Below, in pieces: positions 10,783 to 22,026 of a stretch of 32,000 nucleotides of DNA. The notes under the pieces are model-generated. The model was not told the DNA's origin, made no database searches, and saw only the letters and a list, made by a program, of their open reading frames with translations. The DNA comes from Wolbachia endosymbiont strain TRS of Brugia malayi. Its GTDB lineage: Bacteria; Pseudomonadota; Alphaproteobacteria; Rickettsiales; Anaplasmataceae. Location: assembly GCF_000008385.1 (NCBI RefSeq), contig NC_006833.1, positions 420,001-452,000 of the forward strand. Reading direction: 5' to 3'. Every line of letters starts with the position of its first letter. Position 1 is the stretch's first letter. A program made the position numbers and the translations under genes.

Positions 10783-11981
10783 TATACCCACTCCAAAATT
10801 TCAGAAACAACACCAGAACCAACAGTTCTACCTCCTTCTCTTATTGCAAAGCGCAATCCCTTATCCATCGCTATCGGTACTTGCAATTCTACCTCTATAC
10901 TTACATTATCTCCAGGCATTACCATCTCTTTCCCTTCTAGCAATTTTATACTTCCCGTCACATCTGTCGTCCTTAAATAAAATTGTGGCTGATAATTCGC
11001 AAAAAATGGTGTATGCCTTCCTCCCTCTTCTTTCTTTAATATGTAAACTTCTGCCTTGAACTTCCTGTGCGGCGTTATTGTTCCTGGTTTTGCTAATACT
11101 TGTCCCCTCTCTACTTCTTCCCTCTTCGTCCCTCTTAGCAATATCCCCACATTTAACCCTGCACTTCCTTTTTCTAGCAATTTCTTAAACATTTCCACAC
11201 CAGTGCATGTTGTCTTCTGTGTAGCTTTCAGACCTATTATCTCTATCTCATCACCTATCTTTATCTCCCCTTTTTCTATTCTTCCTGTTACTACCGTTCC
11301 ACGTCCCGATATCGAAAATACATCTTCAATCGGCAATAGGAACGGTAAATCTACAGATCTTGGTGGCACTTCTACATAGTCATCCAACCTCTCCATCAAT
11401 TTGTCTATTGACTTCTTCCCATATTCACCGTCATCATCCTCCAGCGCTTTCAATGCAGATCCAATTACCACTGGAACTTCATCACCTGGAAACCCATATT
11501 TACTCAGCAATTCTCTCACTTCCATTTCTACCAAACCTATCATATCAGGATCGGATACATCAGCTTTATTTATATATACTACAATATACCCAACACCAAC
11601 TTGCTTCGCGAGTAATATGTGCTCTCTCGTCTGCGGCATAGGTCCATCAACTCCCGATACTACCAATATCGCCGCATCCATCTGCGCTGCACCTACTATC
11701 ATGTTCTTCACATAGTCAGCGTGCCCAGGACAATCAACATGTGCATAATGTCTCTTCTCCGTTTGATATTCAACATGTGCTGTTGCAATCGTTATTCCTC
11801 TTTTCCTCTCTTCTGGTGCCTTATCTATTTGATCATACGCTACAAAATTTCCATAATGCTTTGTTATTGCTGCTGTCAATGTTGTCTTCCCATGGTCCAC
11901 ATGTCCTATCGTTCCTACATTGACATGCGGCTTCCCAAATGCTTCCACTACTTGCGCTGTAGCTTCTACTGCTGTTGTCAT
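10782..11981 (-). CDS. tuf: Elongation factor Tu
   Basis: [31 protein letters not shown], complete 399 aa EF-Tu. Confidence 0.99.
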   Translation of the reverse strand: MTTAVEATAQVVEAFGKPHVNVGTIGHVDHGKTTLTAAITKHYGNFVAYDQIDKAPEERKRGITIATAHVEYQTEKRHYAHVDCPGHADYVKNMIVGAAQMDAAILVVSGVDGPMPQTREHILLAKQVGVGYIVVYINKADVSDPDMIGLVEMEVRELLSKYGFPGDEVPVVIGSALKALEDDDGEYGKKSIDKLMERLDDYVEVPPRSVDLPFLLPIEDVFSISGRGTVVTGRIEKGEIKIGDEIEIIGLKATQKTTCTGVEMFKKLLEKGSAGLNVGILLRGTKREEVERGQVLAKPGTITPHRKFKAEVYILKKEEGGRHTPFFANYQPQFYLRTTDVTGSIKLLEGKEMVMPGDNVSIEVELQVPIAMDKGLRFAIREGGRTVGSGVVSEILEWV

Positions 11982-11992
11982 AATCGTTACCC

Positions 11993-14059
11993 TTAATTAT
12001 ACTTTAACTCATTGACCACATACTGTGGTACTTGTTCATAACAAGAAAAATGCATGCTATATTGAGCTCTTCCTTGAGACATAGAACGCAAAACATTTAT
12101 ATAACCAAACATACTTGCAAGAGGCACTAAAGCAAGAATTATAGTGCTATTATTATGTGTCTCCATACTTAAAACCTGTCCCCTCCTACTATTTACATCG
12201 CCCATAATATCGCCCATATATTCCTCAGGTGTAATAATCTCAACTTTCATTATAGGCTCTAACATTTTTGGGCCAGCCTTACTTGCCATTTCTTTAAAAG
12301 CACCCTTAGCAGCTAGCTCAAAAGCCAAAGGGCTTGAATCAACTTCGTGAAAAGCACCATCAATAAGAGTAGCCTTAAAATCGATAACCGGAAAGCCAGA
12401 AACCATACCTCCTTCTTTTATCAATTCCAGACCATTTTGTACACCAGGAATATATTCTTTTGGAATTGCACCACCTACAATTTTACTTTCAAATTGAAAT
12501 CCAGAACCAGCCTCAAGAGGCTCAAACAAAATCTTTACTTTAGCAAATTGACCAGCACCTCCTGATTGCTTCTTATGCGTGTAATCAATTTCAACAGATT
12601 TAGTAATAGTCTCACGATATGCAACTTGAGGAGCGCCAATATTGACATCAACGTTAAATTCACGCTTTACTCTATCAGTAATGATTTCAAGATGTAACTC
12701 GCCCATACCTTTTAATATAGTCTGACCATTTTCTGCATTCACTGACATTCTTAAAGAAGGATCTTCTGCAACTAACCTACTTAAAGCAATACCCAACTTC
12801 TCCTGATCTGAAGTAGTTCTAGGTTCTACAGCAATTTCAATAACAGGTTCAGGAAATTCCATACGTTCTAACAATATAGGAAAATCAGATGAACATAAAG
12901 TATCACCAGTGATTGCTTTCTTCAATCCCACTAAAGCAACTATATCCCCAACTTTAGCTTCGTTTATATCTTCCCTATTGTTTGCATGCATAAGTAACAT
13001 TCTACCAATTCCTTCAGTCTCATTTTTTCCTGCATTTAACACAGTAGATTTAGACTTTAACTTACCGGAATAAATACGAATAAACGTTAAGCTACCCACA
13101 AATTTATCTGTCATCACCTTAAATGCAAGAGCAACAAATTTCTCTTTTTCTGAAGGTTTAACCTTAATTTTCTTTTCTAAATCCTTAGGATCGGTTCCAA
13201 CAACTTCATCAACATCAACAGGAGAAGGTAAAAAATCAACTATACTGTCTAAAAGTGGTTGCACGCCTTTATTTTTAAATGCTGATCCACACAACACAGG
13301 AACAAATGCTCCTTTGATAGCTCCACTTCTCACGCATCTTTTCAACAAATCTACTGGCAAGTCGTTAGATTCAAAGTAAGCATTCATTGCTTCATCATCC
13401 ATTCCAGCAGCAGTGTCTAATAAAAGATTTCGATACTCTTGAGCCTTATCAAGTAAATCAGAAGGAATATCTTCATAAGAAAATTTAGCACCTAATGTCT
13501 CTTCTTCCCATATAATGGCTTTCATAGAAATTAGATCAACTACACCTTTAAAATCTTTTTCACTCCCTATTGGTAGCTGAATGACTAAAGGTACTACCCC
13601 AAGCTTACTCTTTATCATATTAACACATCGATAAAAATCGACTCCTATTCTATCCATCTTGTTAATAAAACAGACACGAGGAACACTATACTTATCAGCT
13701 TGACGCCAAACAGTCTCAGATTGAGGTTCAACTCCCGCAACTCCATCAAATACAGCAACTGCACCATCTAAAACTCTTAAAGACCTTTCGACTTCAATAG
13801 TAAAGTCAACATGCCCGGGAGTGTCTATTATATTGATTCTATAACCATTCCAAAAACAAGTTGTTGCAGCAGACGTGATTGTAATACCACGTTCTTTTTC
13901 TTGCTCCATCCAATCCATAGAAGCTGCACCATCATGCACTTCACCAATTCTATTTTGCTTACCAGTATAAAATAAAATACGCTCTGTTGTGGTAGTCTTA
14001 CCAGCATCTATATGAGCCATTATACCTATATTTCTGTATTTGGATATATCAATTTCCAT
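11993..14059 (-). CDS. fusA: Elongation factor G
   Basis: [47 protein letters not shown]; 688 aa. Confidence 0.99.
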
Positions 14060-14080
14060 ATTACCATCAATTAGCTAATG

Positions 14081-14560
14081 TTAAAAACGAAGATGAGAAA
14101 AAGCCTTGTTAGCTTCAGCCATTTTATATTTTTCTTCACACATCTTAAATGCACCGCCGCGTTTATTATATGCATCCAATATTTCAGAGCACAAACACTT
14201 AAAAAACCCTTTTCCACTTTTTTTTCGCATAGCAGAAGCTGATTTAACAATCCACCTCAACGCCAAAGAAACAGCTCTATCTTTTTTAACTTCAACAGGC
14301 ACTTGATAAGTTGCACCACCAATACGACGGGAACGCACTTCTACAGAAGGTGTAACATTCTCCACTGCCGTTTCAAAAATTGACACTCCTCTTTCATTCA
14401 CCTCTTTTTCAGCTGAAGACAAAGCATTATAGACAATTTTTTCTGCAACGGATTTTTTACCATATTTCATGATTACATTAATGAAACGCATCAGTAAAAC
14501 ACTATCGTAACGCGAATCGGGACTTATTTTTCTCTTCCTTGCTTTATTTCGACGAGCCAT
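14081..14560 (-). CDS. rpsG: 30S ribosomal protein S7
   Basis: [18 protein letters not shown]; [24 protein letters not shown]. Confidence 0.98.
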   Translation of the reverse strand: MARRNKARKRKISPDSRYDSVLLMRFINVIMKYGKKSVAEKIVYNALSSAEKEVNERGVSIFETAVENVTPSVEVRSRRIGGATYQVPVEVKKDRAVSLALRWIVKSASAMRKKSGKGFFKCLCSEILDAYNKRGGAFKMCEEKYKMAEANKAFSHLRF

Positions 14561-14566
14561 AAAACC

Positions 14567-14941
14567 TTAACTAGATTTTTTTACACCATATTTTGAACGA
14601 GCCTTTTTGCGATTTTGTACACCACGCAGATCAAGAGCACCTCTTATTATATGATAACGCACACCTGGTAAATCTTTAACCCGACCACCACGTATTAAAA
14701 CAACAGAGTGCTCTTGTAAATTATGGCCTTCACCAGGTATATAAGCTGTCACTTCACCATACCCACTAATTCTTACTCTAGCCACTTTACGTAGTGCTGA
14801 GTTAGGCTTCCTAGGAGTTGTAGTGTACACTTTAGTGCAAACACCTCTTCTCTGGGGGTTGCTTTTCCCCAAGGCTGGTACCTTCTTCTTACAGGACAAT
14901 TTCAATCTGCCCTTACGTACCAATTGATTTATCGTAGGCAT
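14567..14941 (-). CDS. rpsL: 30S ribosomal protein S12
   Basis: [12 protein letters not shown] ... [21 protein letters not shown] ... [33 protein letters not shown]. Confidence 0.99.
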   Translation of the reverse strand: MPTINQLVRKGRLKLSCKKKVPALGKSNPQRRGVCTKVYTTTPRKPNSALRKVARVRISGYGEVTAYIPGEGHNLQEHSVVLIRGGRVKDLPGVRYHIIRGALDLRGVQNRKKARSKYGVKKSS

Positions 14942-14981
14942 ATGTTAAAAACCCAAGCTCATTAAAATAACTTAAGTTCTA

Positions 14982-15010
14982 GTTTTAAAATAATAAACCT
15001 CAATAGTCAA
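14982..15010 (-). promoter_or_regulatory. Candidate sigma70-type promoter for the rpsL/str-S10-spc superoperon
   Basis: Minus strand reads TTGACT (15010-15005), 17 nt, TAAAAC (14987-14982), about 40 nt upstream of the rpsL ATG. AT-rich background, so moderate support. Confidence 0.4.
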
Positions 15011-15148
15011 TATAAAAATAAACATTACTATTCTAATAATTCGAGCTTACTAAATTCTTAATAACAATAGATTCCTTGTGTAATTATTATTTGAGAAAAA
15101 AGCTTAGCGTATGATCAGAAAAAAAGAACCTGCTCAGATAACAGAGTT

Positions 15149-15600
15149 CTATATAGATCGACCCTGTTGTGAATCTGCATCCTTGCTCCTTTCAACTTGT
15201 TCTGCAAAAGATGTCTCCTGCTCACTAGTATACTGAAGTGGCTTAGCAATTTCATGCACAACAGCAGTAACTGCAGTCAAGAACGCTTTCAATAACGCAC
15301 CTAGACTCCTCCAAATTGCTTCCCTACCATATATACGAGCTTATTTTCATTGTCATCAGCGATTTCCCCCTGCCCTTCTTTTTGGACCCATTCTATGAGC
15401 AATAACTGAAGACAACACTTCCCTTAAAAGACTTCATTCGTTTCTTTGCTTTATGAACATCTCCATCGCTTGCTGCCTCATGTCCATGGCTTAAGTGCTT
15501 AGCGTTCATTAGCTCCTTTTGTTGCTGAGCAAACATACCACTTAACACTTCTCCCATTATTTGTTTCCTTCGTTTTTCCATGACTCTTTCTCATAGACTC
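15149..15600 (-). pseudogene. Degraded coding remnant (possible phage/GTA tail region gene, unassigned)
   Basis: Minus-strand frames give GREAIWRSLGALLKAFLTAVTAVVHEIAKPLQYTSEQETSFAEQVERSKDADSQQGRSI* and, out of frame upstream, GEVLSGMFAQQQKELMNAKHLSHGHEAASDGDVHKAKKRMKSFKG. Confidence 0.4.
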
Positions 15601-16129
15601 TAATTTATCACGAGTATGCTTTGCAGTTTAATTCTATATCAATAATCTTCAGATGCTGCCTAACTATACAAAGTTTCTATTAGCCTACCTACACTTCGCT
15701 TTACTTGCATAGTCCTTTTGTAACTATCTAAATTATTGATTCCTTCATCAATTTGATCTAAAATGTCCCTAAAAGTTTTTAAATAGCCTTAGATATACTG
15801 TGCTATATCTTTCTCTTTGTGTTGCTCTTCTTGGTTTAGCTGACTTCATTTTTTAAACCCCTCTCTATCTATAATCTTTATTTTCTCTACTATTATTGTT
15901 TCCTTTTCTAAAAGATAATCGCCATTCATAATTTGATTAAAATTTCCACCAACTACTATTGTATATGAAAAGATTAAATTGATGTTAATGGAGGGTATTT
16001 ACAACTTCAGCTCTAGCTAAAACCATAGTGAAGCTGTCAAAGCAGCGGGGTCATATAACCTCTCATACAGTTCAATAAACATCTGAGCCTAACCTTCTCT
16101 CTAGCATTAAAATTAATTTTATAAATCAT

Positions 16130-16373
16130 TATTAGAGTTCAATATAGCAGAATTACATGACAATTCATCAGCCAATATGGAGTCTAAAATTCCGTTAATT
16201 TTTATTGTAATGTGTCTGCTTTCTAGCACAACCTAATACTTTTCCCCAGCTAAAAGAAGAAATATCTTTTATTTTCTCTATGTATTATGCAAAGTAAACC
16301 TCAAATTTCGTATATTATTTAATACGACAAAATTATTATCATGACCTTTAATCTTTAGCTGCAACTTGCTCAT
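16130..16373 (-). pseudogene. Major tail protein-like remnant (TP901-1/GTA gp9-like)
   Basis: Minus strand from ATG 16373: MSKLQLKIKGHDNNFVVLNNIRNLRFTLHNT, then stop and frameshifts; further fragments SWGKVLGCARKQT and HITIKINGILDSILADELSCNSA. Overall layout resembles TP901-1-type tail tube proteins. Confidence 0.35.
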
Positions 16374-16385
16374 TATCACCCCCTT

Positions 16386-16655
16386 TTATAAAAATATCAA
16401 AGTTAATTGTCGATGTGAGACTTCATCATGCTGATCTATAGCACAATCACTCTCTAAAATGGTTTCATTATCAAGACCTCTAATACCCTCAAGTATCAAG
16501 TTAATAAGTTTTGTAACGGCAAACGCACTACTTATATGATAAGTATATAAGTCGCATAAGAATCTTGCCTTCGTAGCAAAATTGGATAGCGTATGAAGGT
16601 TGTTATGATTTACCATGTGAAATCTCAAGTAGGGAATAGTGATCCGCTTAGGCAA
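16386..16655 (-). pseudogene. DUF3168-like tail terminator remnant (GTA gp8-like)
   Basis: ORF PYLRFHMVNHNNLHTLSNFATKARFLCDLYTYHISSAFAVTKLINLILEGI ... VSHRQLTLIFL follows the DUF3168 pattern (PYxx / tagged strand / helix / RHxxLxxxF); located between adaptor-like and tail-tube-like remnants. Confidence 0.4.
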
Positions 16656-16841
16656 GTAATTATAAATTTAGTAACGTGTTTCCTTAAATTAGAGTCCGTT
16701 TTAGTGCTGCATAAATGCTATTGTACAACTCATTTATAACCTGAATTTTCTCTATAATTGACCCATTTGTCCACGCTTATTTAAAAAACAACCCATGGTT
16801 TACGGAATGGGGAATACACCTCCTTCACTTCAGACAAATAT

Positions 16842-17297
16842 CTACTCACCTCCAATTTCACGATTTTTATAAAGAGCAGAAACATGCTGCATAATGCCTA
16901 GCTTTATCCGTCCAGGAACACTGTCATAGCCGGCTTCATATACAACATCAACCCTTATTGCATAAGAATAATTGAAAAATTCAACGTAGTCTCCTGCATA
17001 ACTGAAACGATATTTAAGTGTTCTCTTCTCTTAACTTTTAGATATTGTGCAGTAGCAGATATTATTACCTTAATAGTATCATAGCTTAAATAGATTCTAT
17101 GAAGTACATAACCTTCACAATAAAACTTGCCACGTTTGTTTTACTAGCGAATTTTTCATATACCATCCAGCGTAATCGGTTGCTATAAAAATTAGATTTG
17201 AAATCAACTTATCATCTTGAGCATTTTCAATGCGCAAAAAAGATTTAACTTCCTTCAAAGTCACTGGAAGAGATCCAGGCTTAGATTTATGCTGCAA
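16842..17297 (-). pseudogene. Phage gp6-like head-tail connector/adaptor, disrupted
   Basis: ORF 17297-17115: LPVTLKEVKSFLRIENAQDDKLISNLIFIATDYAGWYMKNSLVKQTWQVLL* followed after frame disruption by YAGDYVEFFNYSYAIRVDVVYEAGYDSVPGRIKLGIMQHVSALYKNREIGGE* (stop at 16842-16844), the N- and C-terminal signatures of gp6-like adaptors. Confidence 0.75.
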
Positions 17298-18091
17298 TAT
17301 ATTCTTGCTGAAATAGACATAATAACCCTCCTTATATGTGTGTATAGCGTAAGTAAGATTTCCCCTGCTAATAGGATCTATGGCTTTGAGATACCATAAG
17401 AATGTCGAGAAACTACACCTATTTCAGCTAAACTTCTCGCATTCAATATTAAGTTAAATCTGTATAGCAGCAATTCTAAATGCTTGAAAATTTTGAACTT
17501 TTTACTATAAATTCCTTACTGTTGTCCTACTACATTAAGGAGAAAACGTATTAAAGCTATTTCTCCCTTTTTGTTAATAAAAATCAAACTTACAGCGTAT
17601 TCAACTAGGCTAGGTTTCAGCAAATTAACATTTTGAGGATAAATATTATTGAAGATGAAGTTTAACTCCCTAGCAAGCAAATTGCGAAATTTTTGTACAC
17701 TATTATATGCGATATTTTTAAGCTTATGCGCAAATTCGTCTTGAGCAACAGCTGTTAATTCTTAATTTCTTCATAAAATTATTTCAGCTCCTTTCTCTTA
17801 CTCTTAAAAATTTTTGTGAAAGTTTTCATATTTATTTAACTTAACCACTATTGCAGTTATAATGATGATGAAAAACTACCAAAGTAAAAAATTTATACTC
17901 CACCTATAACTGTACAAACATCTGATTGGAAGGTAAGCTCTTCTTCCATAATTCGAATAGCTGACACTGATTACGGATATTGTTTTCTACTCATTCTCTC
18001 AGAACATGTTATTTACTGAATAACTTGCAAATACTCTTTACTAGATTCCAGCATCAAGCACTATCTTAAGGCTTTAACCTCTTACAATACT

Positions 18092-18922
18092 CTAACGCAC
18101 AAATACCCCAATCCCATCAGCGTATAAGTTTGTATGGCTTTTTCCAGTGTTGAGCAGTGCTAGCCCGATGTTGTCTATGCTAGAGCGCAGTTCCCCTACT
18201 TCCTCATTATTTTCATTCGTTACTTTGGTGCCAATATTGGGCAGTGCATTATCCCCCTCAACAAGGTAAAGCTTTTTTCTGAATATTTCTTGTCTGCTCA
18301 TTCGACTTACAACTTCCTGACCTATATAACATCCCTTGTTAAAGCTTATACCGTTTATCTTATCGATTAAATATTGCAGCGGAAACGACAAATTTTGCAC
18401 CATATCTTTCGCTCCATCTGGAACAAGATTTTGGATTCTCACTCTTTCATATTGAGCAAAATCTCCAACTAGTTCCTTTATTTCATTTTTGTGTATTATC
18501 CTCATTTCCAATAACTTATGCCTTGGGTCTTGAAAAATAACCTGTGACTCATTGCTACACTCCGTTGACTTAGTATCAAACAAAATCCCAACCTTATATA
18601 GTGCACTAATGTCCTTAATCTTCACTCTTAAATAAGTTTTGAGCAAATCTAGTTTCTCAATTATTTGTTGCAAGTACATGTTTTCACATTCCAAGAGGAT
18701 ACATTTACCATATTCAATGAGAAAAAAATCGTATAGGTATTTTCCCTGAGGACTAAGTAATAAAGAATAAATAGCCTTTTGGCTATTTAACTTATTGATA
18801 TCATTTGTTATAACACCCTGCAGGAAATCCCTCGTATCTGGGCCGTATAAAACTATTACACCACGGCTTGGCAATGGTATATAACCCATAAAATTTCTAC
18901 TAATAATGAACCTAAATTTCAC
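18092..18922 (-). CDS. ygfZ: Folate-binding YgfZ/GcvT-family protein
   Basis: 276 aa ORF with DFLQGVITNDI and the signature KGCYIGQEVVSRM; start may be the internal ATG at MGYIPLPSRG. Confidence 0.9.
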   Translation of the reverse strand: MKFRFIISRNFMGYIPLPSRGVIVLYGPDTRDFLQGVITNDINKLNSQKAIYSLLLSPQGKYLYDFFLIEYGKCILLECENMYLQQIIEKLDLLKTYLRVKIKDISALYKVGILFDTKSTECSNESQVIFQDPRHKLLEMRIIHKNEIKELVGDFAQYERVRIQNLVPDGAKDMVQNLSFPLQYLIDKINGISFNKGCYIGQEVVSRMSRQEIFRKKLYLVEGDNALPNIGTKVTNENNEEVGELRSSIDNIGLALLNTGKSHTNLYADGIGVFVR

Positions 18923-18972
18923 TATACAGCATCGAGCACTTCTCGTCTTCTCATATTTTACAAGTTCCAGCC

Positions 18973-19003
18973 CTTGAAATCTAACTTACAAATGCATATA
19001 TAG
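18973..19003 (+). promoter_or_regulatory. Candidate groESL promoter (sigma70 geometry, sigma32-like -35)
   Basis: CTTGAAA (18973-18979), 17 nt, TATATA (18997-19002), about 34 nt upstream of the groES ATG. Confidence 0.55.
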
Positions 19004-19036
19004 ATTTATAGGTTAATTTGTTGATGAGGAAAACGA

Positions 19037-19327
19037 ATGTCAAGTATAAGCTTAAGTGTATTGGATGATAGTGTTCTGATTAAACCTATCAATGAAGAAA
19101 AGCAAGGTGGGATTGTACTTCCATCAAGTGCTGAAAAGAAACCTACTAAAGGTGAAGTTATAGCAATCGGTGAAGGTTCACGCAATTCAAGTGGCGAACG
19201 CATAGCTTTGACTGTAAAAGCTGGTGATAAAGTGTTTTATCGCCAATGGGCTGGTACAGAAATAGAACACGGTAGTGAAAAGCTTATCGTAATGAAGGAG
19301 TCAGATATACTTGCTATTATTAAGTAG
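19037..19327 (+). CDS. groES: Co-chaperonin GroES
   Basis: [39 protein letters not shown] ... [33 protein letters not shown]; GAGG upstream of ATG. Confidence 0.98.
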   Translation: MSSISLSVLDDSVLIKPINEEKQGGIVLPSSAEKKPTKGEVIAIGEGSRNSSGERIALTVKAGDKVFYRQWAGTEIEHGSEKLIVMKESDILAIIK

Positions 19328-19428
19328 CAGTCTTTATTTTTACTAAATTAAAACAAAGCACAATATAGTGCATTACAAATAATTTTATTATAGTTTTCTA
19401 AGTTTTTTATTAACAAGAGGTGATAAAA

Positions 19429-21081
19429 ATGACTAATGTAGTAGTGTCAGGTGAACAGTTGCAAGAAGCTTTTCGTGAAGTTGCAGTGATGGTGGACTCA
19501 ACGGTAGCAATAACTGCTGGACCTAGAGGAAAAACAGTAGGGATTAATAAGCCCTATGGAGCACCAGAAATTACAAAAGATGGTTATAAGGTAATGAAGG
19601 GTATTAAGCCTGAAAAACCTTTACATGCTGCAATAACAAGCATCTTTGCTCAAAGTTGTTTTCAATGTAATGATAAAGTTGGTGATGGTACAACAACGTG
19701 TTCAATACTAACTAGCAACATGATAATGGAAGCTTTAAAGTCAATTGCCGCTGGAAACGATCGTGTTAGCATCAAAAACGGGATGCAAAAGGCAAAAGAT
19801 GCAGTATTAGAAGGGATTACATCAATGTCCCGCACAATTCCTTTGGAAAAAATGGATGAAGTAGCACAAGTTGCAATAATTTCTGCAAATGGTGATAAGG
19901 ATATTGGTAATAGCATTGCTGATGCTGTTAAAAAAGTTGGAAAAGAAGGTGTGATTACCGTTGAAGAAAGTAAGGGCTCAAAAGAGTTAGAAGTTGAGCT
20001 TACTACTGGTATGCAATTTGATCGCGGTTATCTTTCTCCATACTTTATCACAAGTAATGAGAAAATGATTGTAGAATTTGATGATCCATATCTCTTAATT
20101 ACAGAGAAAAAATTGAGTATTATACAGCCATTGCTTCCTATTCTTGAAGCTGTTGTTAAGTCTGGTAAACCTTTACTTATTATTGCAGAAGATATTGAAG
20201 GTGAAGCATTAAGTACTTTGGTTATCAACAAATTGCGTGGTGGTCTAAAAGTTACTGCAGTGAAAGCTCCAGGTTTTGGAGATAGAAGAAAAGAGATGCT
20301 TGAAGATATAGCAGCTTTAACTGGTGCTAAATATGTAATAAAAGACGAGCTTGGAATCAAGATGGAAGACCTAACTCTTGAAGATCTTGGTACTGCTAAA
20401 AATGTTAAAGTTACTAAAGATAATACTACAATTGTCAGCGGAAGCAGTGACTCTGATAGAGTAAAAGCTAGAGTCGAGCAGATCAAATCTCAAATTGAAA
20501 CCTCAACTTCTGATTATGATAAAGAAAAGCTAAGGGAGCGTTTAGCAAAGCTATCAGGTGGCGTTGCTGTGCTTAAAGTCGGTGGAGTAACTGAAGTAGA
20601 AGTTAAAGAGCGTAGAGATAGAGTTGAGGATGCATTACATGCAACAAGAGCTGCAATTGAAGAAGGTATAGTTCCAGGTGGTGGAGTTGCACTTCTTTAT
20701 GCTTCGTCTGCTCTCGATAAGCTAAAAGGTGGAAGTGATGAAGAACAGATAGGTATAAATATTATCAAGAAAGTTCTCAGTGCCCCAATCAAGAGATTAG
20801 TTAAAAATGCTGGCCTTGAGTCCGCTGTTATAATTGATCATTTGACTAAGCAGAATGATAAAGAGCTTATATATAATGTCGAGGCTATGAATTATGCTAA
20901 TGCATTTACTGCCGGTGTCATTGATCCAGCAAAGGTAGTACGTATTGCTTTTGAAACAGCGATATCCGTTGCAAGTGTGCTGATTACTACTGAATCTATG
21001 ATAGTTGATGTACCAAACAAGGAAGAAAACGCTTCATCTTCTATGGGTGCAGGCGGCATGGGTGGAATGAATGGATTCTAA
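19429..21081 (+). CDS. groEL: Chaperonin GroEL
   Basis: [39 protein letters not shown]-terminal [12 protein letters not shown] track starts at GTG 19420, but that codon sits in the AAGAGG ribosome-binding site; the ATG at 19429 is the likely start. Confidence 0.98.
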   Translation: MTNVVVSGEQLQEAFREVAVMVDSTVAITAGPRGKTVGINKPYGAPEITKDGYKVMKGIKPEKPLHAAITSIFAQSCFQCNDKVGDGTTTCSILTSNMIMEALKSIAAGNDRVSIKNGMQKAKDAVLEGITSMSRTIPLEKMDEVAQVAIISANGDKDIGNSIADAVKKVGKEGVITVEESKGSKELEVELTTGMQFDRGYLSPYFITSNEKMIVEFDDPYLLITEKKLSIIQPLLPILEAVVKSGKPLLIIAEDIEGEALSTLVINKLRGGLKVTAVKAPGFGDRRKEMLEDIAALTGAKYVIKDELGIKMEDLTLEDLGTAKNVKVTKDNTTIVSGSSDSDRVKARVEQIKSQIETSTSDYDKEKLRERLAKLSGGVAVLKVGGVTEVEVKERRDRVEDALHATRAAIEEGIVPGGGVALLYASSALDKLKGGSDEEQIGINIIKKVLSAPIKRLVKNAGLESAVIIDHLTKQNDKELIYNVEAMNYANAFTAGVIDPAKVVRIAFETAISVASVLITTESMIVDVPNKEENASSSMGAGGMGGMNGF

Positions 21082-21091
21082 GTAAACGAAA

Positions 21092-21124
21092 CCTTGGAGC
21101 AAATTGCTCCAAGGATATCTTTTA
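21092..21124 (+). terminator. Rho-independent terminator downstream of groEL
   Basis: Perfect 9-bp stem CCTTGGAGC-AAATT-GCTCCAAGG followed by ATATCTTTT, 10 nt past the groEL stop. Confidence 0.85.
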
Positions 21125-21345
21125 GTTCTCAAAATTTCATATTTTACTGTTTATTAAAGATAATACGAATAAATTGTAATACAGTTGCTTTGTACAAAAA
21201 GGTACTATTGTATTGCTGTTTATTTTCTATAGTGATTTATTCTTTTCACTCCTTAGTGCTATATTAATAAATTATTAGTATAATGTTGTTAAATATAGTA
21301 ATAAAAATCTAAATACCTCCTTTACAAAAGGATAGAATTATCTTT

Positions 21346-21849
21346 ATGAAAATAAGCATATATTTAATATTGTTTTTGCTTTTCTCTTGCACTCAACTGT
21401 ATGCTAACGAAGAAGTTGCAAAATTTGATTTGCTTATTGGTAAGGTAAATGAAGCAAACCTCACCTTTGAAGGTGCAATAAAGGTTACAATAAAACCAGG
21501 CTGGCATATATATTACAAAGATCCTGGAGATTTCGGTCTCCCCACTTCTTTTGATTGCAAGGGTAATACATCAAATATAGATATTCACTGGCCTACTCCA
21601 AAAGAGCATAGAGATAATTTAGGAAGAGAGATATTTATCAGTAACGTATATGAGAACATGGTGTTATTTCCCTTTAGGGTGAATATGTTTTCAAGTCAAG
21701 AGTATGTTGATCTTAACTTTCATATAAAATATGCGATATGTAAAGATAAGTGCATTCCTAAAAATGCTGAGATAAAAGTCAGACAGCCACTGAAGAATTT
21801 TGTAGATTCTGATGTCAATGAACTCATAAATGAGTGGTATAAAAAATAG
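21346..21849 (+). CDS. Periplasmic protein with DsbD alpha/ScsB-type N-terminal domain
   Basis: Signal peptide MKISIYLILFLLFSCTQLYA; GWHIYYKDPGDFGLPTSFD, IHWPTPKE, YAICKDKCIPKNAEIKV typical of DsbD/ScsB N-terminal domains. Confidence 0.75.
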   Translation: MKISIYLILFLLFSCTQLYANEEVAKFDLLIGKVNEANLTFEGAIKVTIKPGWHIYYKDPGDFGLPTSFDCKGNTSNIDIHWPTPKEHRDNLGREIFISNVYENMVLFPFRVNMFSSQEYVDLNFHIKYAICKDKCIPKNAEIKVRQPLKNFVDSDVNELINEWYKK

Positions 21850-22026
21850 AGCTCCAGAGAGGTAATCTAGTTAAGCTGCCAAATTTCAGTGCGTGCTGTA
21901 CAAACGTTACAATTTACAGGTAATTTATGCAATAAATAGTATTAAGTGTGCTGATTTTACCATGAATATCTCAAATAAAGTTGTGGGAAAAACTCCTGAT
22001 TCTGAAGGTATTGGTGTTAGTTTTTC

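Noticed and set aside
10682-11996. Multiple + strand ORFs (60-125 aa) over rpsJ/tuf
   Set aside because: Low-complexity Ser/Pro/Leu-rich translations antisense to highly conserved essential genes; typical shadow ORFs.
20028-20486. 152-aa minus-strand ORF inside groEL
   Set aside because: Antisense to conserved GroEL codons; no independent evidence.
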